Assembly (NCBI GenBank): GCA_015057325.1
Contig: SVEQ01000001.1
Coordinates: forward strand, 318,837-382,836
DNA length: 64,000 bases
Direction of reading: 5' to 3'
DNA from: Lachnospiraceae bacterium
GTDB taxonomy: Bacteria; Bacillota; Clostridia; Lachnospirales; Lachnospiraceae
Part shown: one piece after another, positions 54,811 through 64,000 of the stretch
How positions within the stretch are numbered: the stretch's first letter is position 1
Layout: each line of letters opens with the position of its first letter
The notes under the pieces: generated by a model
What the model saw: the letters and a program-made list of their open reading frames with translations, nothing else
The model's database searches: none
What the model was told of the DNA's origin: nothing
Translations under genes and position numbers: made by a program

Positions 54811-55809
54811 ATGTCGTTTTCTACCAAGGTGAAGGAAGAGATAGAAAAACATAGCACAGTTGCCAGGCATTGTCAGATCGCCGAGCTTTTGGCATTGACG
54901 CTTGCGTCCGGTGAAGTTATGTTTTCGTCAGGTAACATTTATCTTCGACTCTTTCCGGAGAATAAGCTTGCCTACAACAAGATCTGCAGGCTTACAGATA
55001 TATTATTTAACAAAGAAATTACATACGATACAGATGGCAAGAATATTGTTATTTCCGATCCTGATACGTGCAGACGATTTCTCACAACCGTGAAGCTTGC
55101 TGACGCGGTAGATGAAATGGCACAGGATTGGCTGGATGATGATGAACTTGAAGAGAATCTTGTTGATAACGAGATTTTGTATGTCTCTACGCATGGCATA
55201 TCATTAGAGAATTGCTGGTTTCCACGACAGGTGATTTTGAAGGACTGTTGCAAGAAGGCATTTTTAAGAGGATTATTCCTTAACAACGGTTCGGTAAATG
55301 ATCCCAATAAGGCTTATCATTTTGAAATAGTGTTGCGCAATAAGGATATGGCAGGGGTAGTCAAGGAGATTATTACCGGTTTTTCTTTGGAAGCCAAGAT
55401 TGTTAAGCGCAAAAAGTATTACGTTGTTTATTTGAAAGAAGGTTCTATGATAGTTGACATGCTCAACATCATGGAGGCATATGTAAGTCTTATGGATATG
55501 GAAAATATCCGAATACTTAAGGATATGCGTAATAATATCAATCGTCAGGTTAACTGCGAAACTGCCAATATCAAGAAAACAGTCGGAGCAGCAAGAAGAC
55601 AGATAGAAGATATTCAATATATAGAAAAGACAAAAGGACTTAAGTATCTTAACGACTCGCTTCGTGAGATTGCAGAACTTAGGTTGGAACAGCCGGATGC
55701 TGATCTGGCACTTTTAGGAACAATGTTGGAACCACCGATTTCCAAATCCGGTGTGAACCATAGATTAAGAAAGATAGGCAAGATTGCTGAAGAACTCAGA
55801 CAATCATAG
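54811..55809 (+). CDS. whiA: Sporulation/cell-division regulator WhiA
   Basis: MSFSTKVKEE start. C-terminal HTH PPISKSGVNHRLRKI. Follows rapZ with a 2-nt gap. Confidence 0.85.
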   Translation: MSFSTKVKEEIEKHSTVARHCQIAELLALTLASGEVMFSSGNIYLRLFPENKLAYNKICRLTDILFNKEITYDTDGKNIVISDPDTCRRFLTTVKLADAVDEMAQDWLDDDELEENLVDNEILYVSTHGISLENCWFPRQVILKDCCKKAFLRGLFLNNGSVNDPNKAYHFEIVLRNKDMAGVVKEIITGFSLEAKIVKRKKYYVVYLKEGSMIVDMLNIMEAYVSLMDMENIRILKDMRNNINRQVNCETANIKKTVGAARRQIEDIQYIEKTKGLKYLNDSLREIAELRLEQPDADLALLGTMLEPPISKSGVNHRLRKIGKIAEELRQS

Positions 55810-55841
55810 TCGAATCATTTATTTTCAAGGAGGTTTTTACC

Positions 55842-56099
55842 ATGGTTAGCGAAACTGTCAACGTTAATCTTTCGCAAGATGCAGAGGCAAGACCTGTGGC
55901 CGTATTGGTACAAAAGGCAAGCCAGTTTGAAAGTCGTGTTTTTATTGAGTCGGGTGACAAGAAGATTAATGCAAAGAGCATTATGGGTATGATGAGTCTT
56001 GGTCTCAATCAGGATGAAGAGATTACTGTAACAGCAGAAGGTGATGATGAGGCAGAGGCATTAAAGGATATTGTTGCATATATCAAAAATGCAGAATAA
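55842..56099 (+). CDS. crh: Crh-like HPr paralog (Ser46 present; position 15 is Glu instead of His)
   Basis: MVSETVNVNLSQDAEARPVAVLVQKASQFESRVFIESGDKKINAKSIMGMMSLG aligns with B. subtilis Crh [54 protein letters not shown]. Same position after whiA. Confidence 0.85.
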   Translation: MVSETVNVNLSQDAEARPVAVLVQKASQFESRVFIESGDKKINAKSIMGMMSLGLNQDEEITVTAEGDDEAEALKDIVAYIKNAE

Positions 56100-56201
56100 T
56101 AGGGTTCTTTACTTGCCCTATTTAGCACAATATGCTAAAATATATTCTATCCCGTGTTTGGGATAAATGTTTGTTATCTGTTAGAAAAGTAGGTGAAATG
56201 T

Positions 56202-58964
56202 ATGGGGTTTTCCGATTTTTTGAATAAGATCCCATTTGTCAGAACCGGTTCGGTGGCAACGCAACAAGCTGAACAGGCTGACAATGTGGATAGACAATAT
56301 AACAAAGCCAAAGAACTTATAGAGCATGGTATCTCCGAGGAGGCTATCAAGGCTCTTGATTCGATTGCGGATATAGGAAGCATGGAGACTCGCTATCAAC
56401 AGTATGGTTGTGAGGCACTTAAGATTTTGGGTGAGGTTTTTGAAACCGGTAAGTATTCCAATATCAAAGCAAGAGTGGATCATGAGAGAGCAGCTAAGTA
56501 CTACGAGAGATATATCAATATAGTTGATGATGGTAACATGCTTTACAAGCTCGGTCTTTTGATGCTTGATATTCAAAACTTTTCTAAAGCCATAACATAT
56601 TTGGAGAGGTCAGCAGACCATAACATAACACAGGCGTACATGCGTCTTGGCGACATTTATGAGAAGGGTCTTAACAGAGTTGATGAGAATGGTAATAAGA
56701 GTGATTTCATCATTCCTGTGGACTTGGAGAAAGCAAAGTCATGGTATCAGAAGCTTGCCGATAAGGGCGATGACAAAGCCAAGGCTGCTGTTGAGAGAAT
56801 GGAGTATAATGAGACTCATGCGGACAGTATAGAGTTCGAGGAGAAAGATAAGATTTATTCCGAGATTTCCGAGAGAAGAAAAGCCAAAGGAATAGAACTC
56901 CATTATAAGCCTAATGATGCTACAACACTTCAATATCAGTATTCATATATTCATGATCAGGTGGAAGGATATATTCACAAACTTCCCAAGGACTGGGTTA
57001 AGAGTATTGATGTTGACACTGATGAAGAATATTACGCTCCGAGCCATACGTACTCGGATTTTGCGATATATGTCACCTACACAACCGTTCCTAAAGATTC
57101 GGAGAGAAAGGTTGACGACTATCTTCTTTATATGAATGATGCATACGAGTGCGAGGTTAATATAACACCTTATATTACAGAGTATGCTAACGGTATTTCC
57201 GCAAGGTTCTACCACAAGGAGATGGATAAGGGAATTGTTTCCTTTGTATTTAAACAGAAGAATCGTTGGGCATGTTTGAGATTTATCTGTTCTACAATGG
57301 AGATAATGGAACAGTATAACGAGATTATTTTTGAGGTTGCCAACTCATTTGCATTTATAATCCCGACGCTGTTAAGTGATAAGAGTGCTAACAGAACCGA
57401 GATTCAGTATTATAACGAAGCACTTTATTACTATAATATGGGTAATTATGACAAAGCTATGGATAAGGCTGCAATCGCGCTTCAGTACGGAAGTACGCAG
57501 GCAAGTTACTTACTTATTGAGCTTTACTACGACGAGGATAGCCCATACAGAGATATTGATAAGACTTTAAGTTTTGCAAAGCAGTTGTTTGAGTCCAATA
57601 AGGATCCTGATTTGGCGTTCCTTATCGGAACAATATACGACCAGCAGCTTAAGGATTGTGCCGAAGCACTTGCATGGTATGAGACGGCTGATAGATTACA
57701 CCATAAGAGAGTTCCGTTCTATCTTGGACGTTTCTTCTATTACGGACTTGTTTCAAGCGGTAAACGTGATGGAGAGAAAGCACTTTCATATTTGAAGCGT
57801 GCGAGAGATAACGGTATATTTGAGGCAGAGCCGTATATTAGAGATATAGAGAGTCTTGGTGATCCGGAAAGTCTCCAGCCGACAGTCGAGGCTTGGGAGC
57901 GTGCAGTTGCCGAAGGTGTGGCTGAAACAGCACTTAAGGTTGCTATGAATAAGAAGGAACAGGTTTTCTATCTTGCAAGCGATGAAGAGATTGAAGCAGC
58001 ATTCCTTCGTGCGATAGAACTTGGTAGTGTTCAGGCGGCTTACGAGTATGGTGCATACTGTGAGACTAAGGAGAAGCAAGAGGGCTACAATGGTCCGATT
58101 AAGAGTCTGGATTACTTCTACAAAGCTTACGAGCAAGGATATCAGGAGTTCTCTAAAGAGTATTTGTATCAGGTTATTGAACACAAGATTTCTTCCGGAG
58201 TATCCGATGAGGATAAGAAGCGTCTTTACTATGACGTAGCAAGCAAAGGTTCTGTTCCTGCGGTTAAGGGAATCCTTGAAATGACAGATGCCATGAATCC
58301 TGAACTTGACAAACTCTATGAAGGACTTAAGGAAATTGTTAAGTCCGGTGATGCGGAAGCATTAAGTGCAATGCATCTTATTGAAGAGAAGTTCAAAGAA
58401 TTACTTAATCCTGTTGAAGATGATTCCAACAAGGTTATTCAGAATAAGTTCTTCAGATTGCAGGTTCCAAGAAGTTGTACGGCAGTCATCAACGACGAAG
58501 GCGGTACAATCAGATTTGCCGATTCGGCAGTTGAGTTTGCGGTTGCAGAGATGCCGGTAAGTGTAGATACTGATGAGGAATACAACAAAGTATTCAACCT
58601 CATTTACAATGAATATGCAGGTGAAGAGAATTCAGAGATTATTGTTGCTAACTCACGAATGGTTGGTTCGGGAATGCTTACAAGAAAAGCAGGCAACAAC
58701 AAGTACAGCATCTTGCTTATCAGTACAAGGAACCAGTATCTGTTCAAGTTAAGTTCAATCGACAGACGAGAACTTATGAGATTTAAGGATCAGGCACTTA
58801 GAATAGCACTTACACTTGTTGAGTCCGGTGAGATTTATGTGGCAACCGGAGAGAGAGCAAACAAGCAGATTGGTCTTACGCTTCTTATGTCAGGTAGCGG
58901 AGATGGCGGAATGCTTTCAATCAGCAAGGATGATGAGGACGATGAAGGTCTTGTATTTGTATAA
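56202..58964 (+). CDS. Large cytoplasmic Sel1/TPR-repeat protein with two non-repeat modules, function unknown
   Basis: Sel1-like repeats (e.g. AAKYYERY..., AYMRLGDIYEKGLN..., KAKSWYQKLADKGDDKA; later ALAWYETADRLHHKRVPFYLGRFFYYG). Two inserted modules each carry VDTDEEY. No signal peptide. Confidence 0.55.
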   Translation: MGFSDFLNKIPFVRTGSVATQQAEQADNVDRQYNKAKELIEHGISEEAIKALDSIADIGSMETRYQQYGCEALKILGEVFETGKYSNIKARVDHERAAKYYERYINIVDDGNMLYKLGLLMLDIQNFSKAITYLERSADHNITQAYMRLGDIYEKGLNRVDENGNKSDFIIPVDLEKAKSWYQKLADKGDDKAKAAVERMEYNETHADSIEFEEKDKIYSEISERRKAKGIELHYKPNDATTLQYQYSYIHDQVEGYIHKLPKDWVKSIDVDTDEEYYAPSHTYSDFAIYVTYTTVPKDSERKVDDYLLYMNDAYECEVNITPYITEYANGISARFYHKEMDKGIVSFVFKQKNRWACLRFICSTMEIMEQYNEIIFEVANSFAFIIPTLLSDKSANRTEIQYYNEALYYYNMGNYDKAMDKAAIALQYGSTQASYLLIELYYDEDSPYRDIDKTLSFAKQLFESNKDPDLAFLIGTIYDQQLKDCAEALAWYETADRLHHKRVPFYLGRFFYYGLVSSGKRDGEKALSYLKRARDNGIFEAEPYIRDIESLGDPESLQPTVEAWERAVAEGVAETALKVAMNKKEQVFYLASDEEIEAAFLRAIELGSVQAAYEYGAYCETKEKQEGYNGPIKSLDYFYKAYEQGYQEFSKEYLYQVIEHKISSGVSDEDKKRLYYDVASKGSVPAVKGILEMTDAMNPELDKLYEGLKEIVKSGDAEALSAMHLIEEKFKELLNPVEDDSNKVIQNKFFRLQVPRSCTAVINDEGGTIRFADSAVEFAVAEMPVSVDTDEEYNKVFNLIYNEYAGEENSEIIVANSRMVGSGMLTRKAGNNKYSILLISTRNQYLFKLSSIDRRELMRFKDQALRIALTLVESGEIYVATGERANKQIGLTLLMSGSGDGGMLSISKDDEDDEGLVFV

Positions 58965-58976
58965 ATGATTCATGTC

Positions 58977-59005
58977 AGGGAACACTTTATGTGTTCCCTT
59001 TTTTA
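58977..59005 (+). terminator. Rho-independent terminator after the Sel1-repeat gene
   Basis: AGGGAACAC-TTTAT-GTGTTCCCT followed by TTTTTT. Confidence 0.75.
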
Positions 59006-59117
59006 TTGGCACAATTAATGTTTGTAAATGCCTGCGGGCATGCGAAAATGCTTGACAAAATGTGACATATGTTGTACTACAATATATAGGTACACTATTA
59101 GAATGGAGGGCCACATT

Positions 59118-60410
59118 ATGTATAGAATTATTATGAATGACCTTATGGATTGGTACGAAAATGCACAGGATAAAGTACTGTTTTTAAAGGGAGCCAAAGG
59201 TGTCGGCAAGACATGGACCATGGTTGATTTTGGTCAGGGATTCTTTAAACAGTTGATATATATAGATTTGGAAAAGGACACAGAAAGTCATATTTTATTC
59301 AAGAAAGGTTCAAAGATTACCGCAGCAAAGTTCTTGGGTGCTCTAGCCGCATACACTGACCAGAGCATAGATGAAGGTAATACGATATTCGTATTTGACG
59401 AGCCACAGCATGCCAAGAATGCACTTAACGCAATAATGAGTCTTAAGGAACAGAGACCGGAATTACCTATATGCGTAATCTCTTCAACGGTAGGAACTAT
59501 AGGCAATGAGGTTCAATACACCGATATGTTCTACAATCTTACCCTCTACCCGATGACTTTCGAGGAGTTTTTAACTGCCAACAAAGCACAGAACTTATGT
59601 AAGTTTATTGAGAATCAGAAACTTGAGCCGGTTATGCCGGAAATAAAAGACTGTATTATAGAGTATCTTAAGGCATATTATGTTGTAGGAGGCATGCCGA
59701 TAGTTGTTCTTGATTACGTAAAGAATAAGGATCTTAACAGAGTAGATGCGATACTTAAGGCGCTTCTTGACAGAACTAATGAGTATATTGAGAAGGAAGT
59801 TCCTAAGAACCTTGCGCTTAAGGTAGGCAAGATATGGAAAAGCATTCCTTCGCAGATGCAGAAGGATAACAGGAAGTTTATGTACCAGTATGTGGATGAG
59901 AAGGCAAGAGCAAGAGAGTACGAGAAGTCGGTTGACTGGCTTGTTGATACGGGACTTGTCAGAAAGATTAACCGTATCAAGAACGGTGTAGCTCCGCTTG
60001 CCGAGCAGATAGATGACAAGTCGTTTGAGCTGTATCATTTAGATCATGGTCTTTTAAGAATTATGTGCGGTCTTCCTTATTCGCAGGTTAAGACTTCGGA
60101 GGATGGACTTGATGATATAAATGGTGCCCTCCTAGAGCAGCTTGTTCTTTCGGAACTTACGATGAACAATACCGTACAGAAACTTTATTTCTGGATATCT
60201 GGTGCGACGGCTAGAATCGACTTTGTATTTGAGGATGACGGAGAGGTTGTTCCTGTTGACGTTGTGCCGAGAATCAGAAGAAAAGCACAGAGCATGAAGG
60301 TCTTTAATGACAGATACAAGAATCACATGGCAATCAGAATATCCCTTGATGATTTGGGTTTTTCAAAGGGCGTTCTTAATATACCGTTATACGGATTATG
60401 GAATTTCTAA
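59118..60410 (+). CDS. AAA-family ATPase of the AAA_14 + DUF4143 type (function unknown)
   Basis: Walker A GAKGVGKTW, Walker B IFVFDEPQ. About 430 aa with the usual architecture of this family. GGAGGG RBS before ATG 59118. Confidence 0.6.
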   Translation: MYRIIMNDLMDWYENAQDKVLFLKGAKGVGKTWTMVDFGQGFFKQLIYIDLEKDTESHILFKKGSKITAAKFLGALAAYTDQSIDEGNTIFVFDEPQHAKNALNAIMSLKEQRPELPICVISSTVGTIGNEVQYTDMFYNLTLYPMTFEEFLTANKAQNLCKFIENQKLEPVMPEIKDCIIEYLKAYYVVGGMPIVVLDYVKNKDLNRVDAILKALLDRTNEYIEKEVPKNLALKVGKIWKSIPSQMQKDNRKFMYQYVDEKARAREYEKSVDWLVDTGLVRKINRIKNGVAPLAEQIDDKSFELYHLDHGLLRIMCGLPYSQVKTSEDGLDDINGALLEQLVLSELTMNNTVQKLYFWISGATARIDFVFEDDGEVVPVDVVPRIRRKAQSMKVFNDRYKNHMAIRISLDDLGFSKGVLNIPLYGLWNF

Positions 60411-60422
60411 TGGAGTTAATAT

Positions 60423-60971
60423 ATGAAGTGGTGGAATCATTTACGAACAATTAACCATCATAAATGGCTTGTTATGAAGTATTGTTTTAAGTTAGGACTT
60501 ATTAAGCAGGGGCTATTGCATGATATGTCCAAATACGGACCGACGGAGTTTTTGGTAGGAGTTAAGTATTATCAGGGTACACGAAGCCCTAACAATGCGG
60601 AGCGCGAGGATAAGGGATACACTTCTGCGTGGCTTCATCACAAGGGTCGTAACAAGCATCATTTGGAGTACTGGATTGATTATGATTTGGAGAACGGTGG
60701 CATGCAGGGTATGAAGATGCCGATTAAGTACGTTGTTGAGATGTTTTGCGACCGTATTGCTGCAAGTCGCAATTATAATAGAAACAACTATGATGACACG
60801 ATGCCCCTTAAGTATTATAATAAGGGTAAGGGTAAATATATGCTTCATCCGCAGACGCAGGAATTGCTTGAGAAACTGCTTACAATGCTTGCGGAGCGTG
60901 GCGAAGAGGAGACTTTTGCCTACATTAAGAAGGAAATACTTACAAAAGAAGTGCGCAGAGAAAAGATTTAG
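60423..60971 (+). CDS. Conserved hypothetical His-rich protein with an HD-like motif (DUF5662-like from memory)
   Basis: INHHKW, GLLHDMSKY, WLHHKGRNKHHLEYW. 182 aa. Confidence 0.4.
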   Translation: MKWWNHLRTINHHKWLVMKYCFKLGLIKQGLLHDMSKYGPTEFLVGVKYYQGTRSPNNAEREDKGYTSAWLHHKGRNKHHLEYWIDYDLENGGMQGMKMPIKYVVEMFCDRIAASRNYNRNNYDDTMPLKYYNKGKGKYMLHPQTQELLEKLLTMLAERGEEETFAYIKKEILTKEVRREKI

Positions 60972-61000
60972 CCCCGTATATCGGGTAGAAAGGTAATTCT

Positions 61001-64000
61001 ATGGGTTTTACACATTTACACGTACATACGCAATACAGTTTGTTGGATGGTGCATCTAAGATTCCTGAATTGATTGCACGTACTAAGGAACTTGGAATGG
61101 ACAGTATCGCCATAACAGACCACGGTGTCATGTATGGCGTGATTGATTTTTATAAAGAAGCAAAGAAACAGGGCATTAAGCCAATTATCGGATGCGAGGT
61201 GTATGTTGCTCCGGGTTCGCGTCATGACCGTGAGGTGGACAGGGGAGAGAACAGATATTATCACCTCGTTCTTTTGGCGGAAAATGATACCGGTTACCAC
61301 AACCTTATGAAGATTGTTTCACGAGGTTTCACGGAAGGTTTTTACTACAAACCAAGGGTAGACCGTGAGGTGCTTGCGGAGTTTCACGAGGGTATTATTG
61401 CACTTTCCGCATGTCTTGCAGGTGAGGTTGCGGTTAAGATTAATCAGGGCTTTTACGAGGAGGCAAAGAAAGCTGCGCTTGAGCATCAGGAAATATTTGG
61501 CAAGGGCAATTATTTCCTTGAACTTCAGGATCACGGAATGGCGGAGCAGGCCAATGTTAACCAGGGACTTATGCGAATGTCCAAGGAGACGGGAATAGAA
61601 CTTGTTGCAACCAACGACCTTCACTATGTCAACGCAGAGGATGCGGAGGCCCATGATATTCTTTTGTGTATCCAGACCGGAAAGAGAGTTAACGATACAG
61701 ACAGAATGAGATACGAGGGCGGACAGTACTATCTTAAGTCTCCACAGGAGATGGAGGAATTGTTCCCTTATGCTAAGGAAGCGTTGGAGAATACGTGTAA
61801 GATTGCAGAGCGTTGTAACGTTGACATCGTATTTGGCGAGCAGAAGCTTCCTAAATTTGAGGTGCCGGAAGGCTACACCTCGACTACTTATCTTAGAAGT
61901 CTTTGCCAGGCAGGACTTGCGAAAAGATATAATCCTGTAACAGATGAACTTAAGGAACGACTTGATTATGAACTTTCTACTATAGAGAAAATGGGCTACG
62001 TTGACTATTTCCTCATTGTGTGGGATTTCATCAAGTATGCCAAGGACCACGGAATTGCCGTTGGCCCCGGACGTGGTTCTGCGGCAGGTGCGATTGTAAG
62101 TTACTGTCTTGAAATCACTAATATCGAACCATTACATTCAAGTCTTCTGTTTGAGCGTTTCCTTAATCCCGAGCGTGTATCCATGCCCGATATCGACGTG
62201 GACATATGCTACGAGAGACGACAAGAGGTAATCGATTACGTTGTGGAGAAGTACGGCAAGGAGAAGGTTGTTCAGATTGTAACCTTTGGAACAATGGCGG
62301 CGCGCATGGTTATAAGAGATGTGGGACGTGTTCTTGACATGCCTTATGCTGCGGCAGACCGAATTGCCAAAATGATTCCGCAGGGTCAGAATGTTACAAT
62401 CGAATCTGCACTTCATGATGTTGCAGACCTTAAGAATGCGTATGAGAGTGAGCCTGACGTTAAGATTCTTATAGACACCTCCAGGAAGTTAGAGGGACTT
62501 CCGAGACACACGTCTGTTCATGCAGCGGGAGTCGTTATCGGTCAGCGTCCGATGGACGAGTTTGTTCCGTTATCAAGAAGTTCCGAGGGTGCGATAACTA
62601 CGCAGTTTACCAAGGATGCAGTTGAGGAACTTGGGCTTCTTAAGATGGACTTTCTTGGGCTTCGTACGCTTACGGTAATTCAGGACGCTGTTAAGAATAT
62701 TAAGCAAAGCAGCGGGATTGACATTGATATAGATAATATTCCTATAGATGACAAGAAGGTGTATGAACTTCTTTCAACCGGTCAGACGGACGGTATATTC
62801 CAGATTGAAAGCAAAGGAATGAAGAGCTTCATGAAGGAGTTGAAGCCTAAAACTATTGATGAGGTTATGGCCGGAATATCGCTTTATCGTCCCGGCCCGA
62901 TGGATTTCATACCCAATTATCTTGAGGGCAAAGAGAATGTTGATAAGATAACCTATGATTGTCCGCAGCTTGAGGGTATACTCTCGACAACTTATGGCTG
63001 TATAGTATACCAGGAGCAGGTTATGCAGATTGTTATGGAACTTGCAGGTTATACGCTTGGGCGAAGTGATCTTGTCAGACGTGCTATGTCCAAAAAGAAA
63101 GAAAGCGTAATGCTTAAGGAGCGTAGTAATTTCGTATACGGTAATCCTGAAGAGGGTGTTCCGGGTTGCATCAACCGGGGAATTGACGAAAAGACTGCTA
63201 ATAAGATATTTGATGATATGGTAGATTTTGCAAAGTATGCATTTAACAAGTCCCATGCGGCTGCGTATGCGGTAGTTACATACCAGACAGCATACTTAAA
63301 GTGTCATTATCCAAAAGAGTTTATGGCGGCACTGCTTACGTCTATATTAGACAGAACAGATAAGGTGTCTGCTTATGTTGCACACTGCAGAAAGATTGGC
63401 ATTGAGGTACTTCCGCCTGATATAAATGAAGGATTCAGTTATTTTTCTGTATCGTCAGGTGGAATCAGATACGGATTGTCCGCACTTAAGAGTGTGGGTC
63501 GTCCGGTTATCGACGCAATCGTTGCAGAAAGAACTGCCAATGGACCTTTCAAAGACCTCAAAGATTTTGTCAGCCGTCTTTCCAACAAAGAGGTTAACAA
63601 GAGAACGGTTGAAAGCTTCATCAAGGCGGGAGCTTTTGACAGCTTCCCTTCAAACCGCCGTCAAATGATGATGATATATAACGGCGTGATTGATCAGGTT
63701 AACCAGGAGAAGAAGAACAACATGTCAGGCCAGATGTCCCTTATGGATTTGCTTGGTGAGGAAGAGAAGAAAGATTTTGATATAAAGTATCCGGATGTTG
63801 TCGAGTACGACAAGGAAGAATTGCTCGCATACGAGAAGGAGATGCTTGGAGTATATGTAAGCGGACATCCGCTTGATGACTATGCAGACTTCATTGGCAA
63901 GAACACTGACGCAACAACGATAGACTTTATTCCTGATCCTGATAATGGAGCTACAGTTGCACAGGATGAGCATTTCTATACACTTGGTGGAATGATAGCT
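61001..64000 (+). CDS. dnaE: DNA polymerase III alpha subunit (DnaE type), 5' partial: first 1000 codons, continuing beyond the window
   Basis: The ATG 61001 frame is open to the window end. PHP domain MGFTHLHVHTQYSLLDGASKIPELIARTKELGMDSIAITDHGVMYG...IIGCEVYV...YHLVLLAENDTGYHNL. Confidence 0.9.
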   Translation, partial: MGFTHLHVHTQYSLLDGASKIPELIARTKELGMDSIAITDHGVMYGVIDFYKEAKKQGIKPIIGCEVYVAPGSRHDREVDRGENRYYHLVLLAENDTGYHNLMKIVSRGFTEGFYYKPRVDREVLAEFHEGIIALSACLAGEVAVKINQGFYEEAKKAALEHQEIFGKGNYFLELQDHGMAEQANVNQGLMRMSKETGIELVATNDLHYVNAEDAEAHDILLCIQTGKRVNDTDRMRYEGGQYYLKSPQEMEELFPYAKEALENTCKIAERCNVDIVFGEQKLPKFEVPEGYTSTTYLRSLCQAGLAKRYNPVTDELKERLDYELSTIEKMGYVDYFLIVWDFIKYAKDHGIAVGPGRGSAAGAIVSYCLEITNIEPLHSSLLFERFLNPERVSMPDIDVDICYERRQEVIDYVVEKYGKEKVVQIVTFGTMAARMVIRDVGRVLDMPYAAADRIAKMIPQGQNVTIESALHDVADLKNAYESEPDVKILIDTSRKLEGLPRHTSVHAAGVVIGQRPMDEFVPLSRSSEGAITTQFTKDAVEELGLLKMDFLGLRTLTVIQDAVKNIKQSSGIDIDIDNIPIDDKKVYELLSTGQTDGIFQIESKGMKSFMKELKPKTIDEVMAGISLYRPGPMDFIPNYLEGKENVDKITYDCPQLEGILSTTYGCIVYQEQVMQIVMELAGYTLGRSDLVRRAMSKKKESVMLKERSNFVYGNPEEGVPGCINRGIDEKTANKIFDDMVDFAKYAFNKSHAAAYAVVTYQTAYLKCHYPKEFMAALLTSILDRTDKVSAYVAHCRKIGIEVLPPDINEGFSYFSVSSGGIRYGLSALKSVGRPVIDAIVAERTANGPFKDLKDFVSRLSNKEVNKRTVESFIKAGAFDSFPSNRRQMMMIYNGVIDQVNQEKKNNMSGQMSLMDLLGEEEKKDFDIKYPDVVEYDKEELLAYEKEMLGVYVSGHPLDDYADFIGKNTDATTIDFIPDPDNGATVAQDEHFYTLGGMIA

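Noticed and set aside
61319-63256. Long minus-strand ORFs (243 aa and 160 aa) inside the dnaE region.
   Set aside because: They are antisense shadow ORFs of a strongly supported dnaE frame, with low-complexity, Leu/Ser/Arg-rich translations. The same applies to 51689..52336 (antisense glcK), 43357..44010 (antisense ftsH2), 16239..16739 (antisense pseI), 18268..18756 (antisense pseC) and 22265..22603 (antisense hup).
1-64000. A scan for CRISPR arrays, tRNA/rRNA genes, IS elements, integrases, prophage genes and toxin-antitoxin pairs.
   Set aside because: I saw no spaced direct repeats, no cloverleaf-compatible intergenic segments, and no transposase, integrase or phage-like ORFs. The intergenic regions are short and are explained by promoters and terminators.

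Overview
This is a 64-kb chromosomal window from a low-GC, flagellated, spore-forming Clostridia-type Firmicute. It looks Lachnospiraceae-like from the flagellin N-terminus, the gene order and the plant-fibre enzymes; that assignment is inference only. I found no rRNA, tRNA, CRISPR array, IS element or transposase. Layout: (1) nt 1-21,450 is a flagellin gene embedded in a large flagellin glycosylation island. The island has a full pseudaminic-acid set (pseB, pseH-like, pseF, pseI, pseG, pseC), a Maf transferase, two paralogous GT-A-like proteins (one fused to a SAM methyltransferase), two CgeB-like proteins, and an AT-rich eight-gene cassette of carrier proteins, KAS-III-like enzymes, an SDR, GNATs and a DltA-like adenylase. 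It also holds a decayed phosphonopyruvate decarboxylase fragment. (2) nt 21,500-29,600 is the conserved sporulation/housekeeping block spoVT-hup-yabO-yabP-yabQ-divIC-spoIIE-tilS-hpt-ftsH. (3) nt 29,600-46,800 carries a GH13 glycosidase, nrdD with an NrdR box, a cold-shock protein, a GH25 lysozyme lipoprotein, a membrane GGDEF(degenerate)/EAL protein, plsC, lysA, ptsH-ptsI, a second ftsH and uvrC. (4) nt 46,900-50,900 carries an intracellular GH26, a secreted Big_2-expansin, a GNAT, and a zinc-ribbon membrane protein followed by a small membrane protein. (5) nt 50,900-56,100 carries hprK-glcK-murB-rapZ-whiA-crh. (6) nt 56,200-61,000 is a trio of poorly characterised genes: a 920-aa Sel1-repeat protein, an AAA ATPase and an HD-motif protein. 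(7) The window ends in the 5' 3 kb of dnaE. The best candidate for something new is the carrier-protein-dependent acyl/aminoacyl tailoring cassette (3.5-9.9 kb) wired into the flagellin pseudaminic-acid pathway. All calls rest on reading the translated ORFs and the DNA by eye; no database search was possible.
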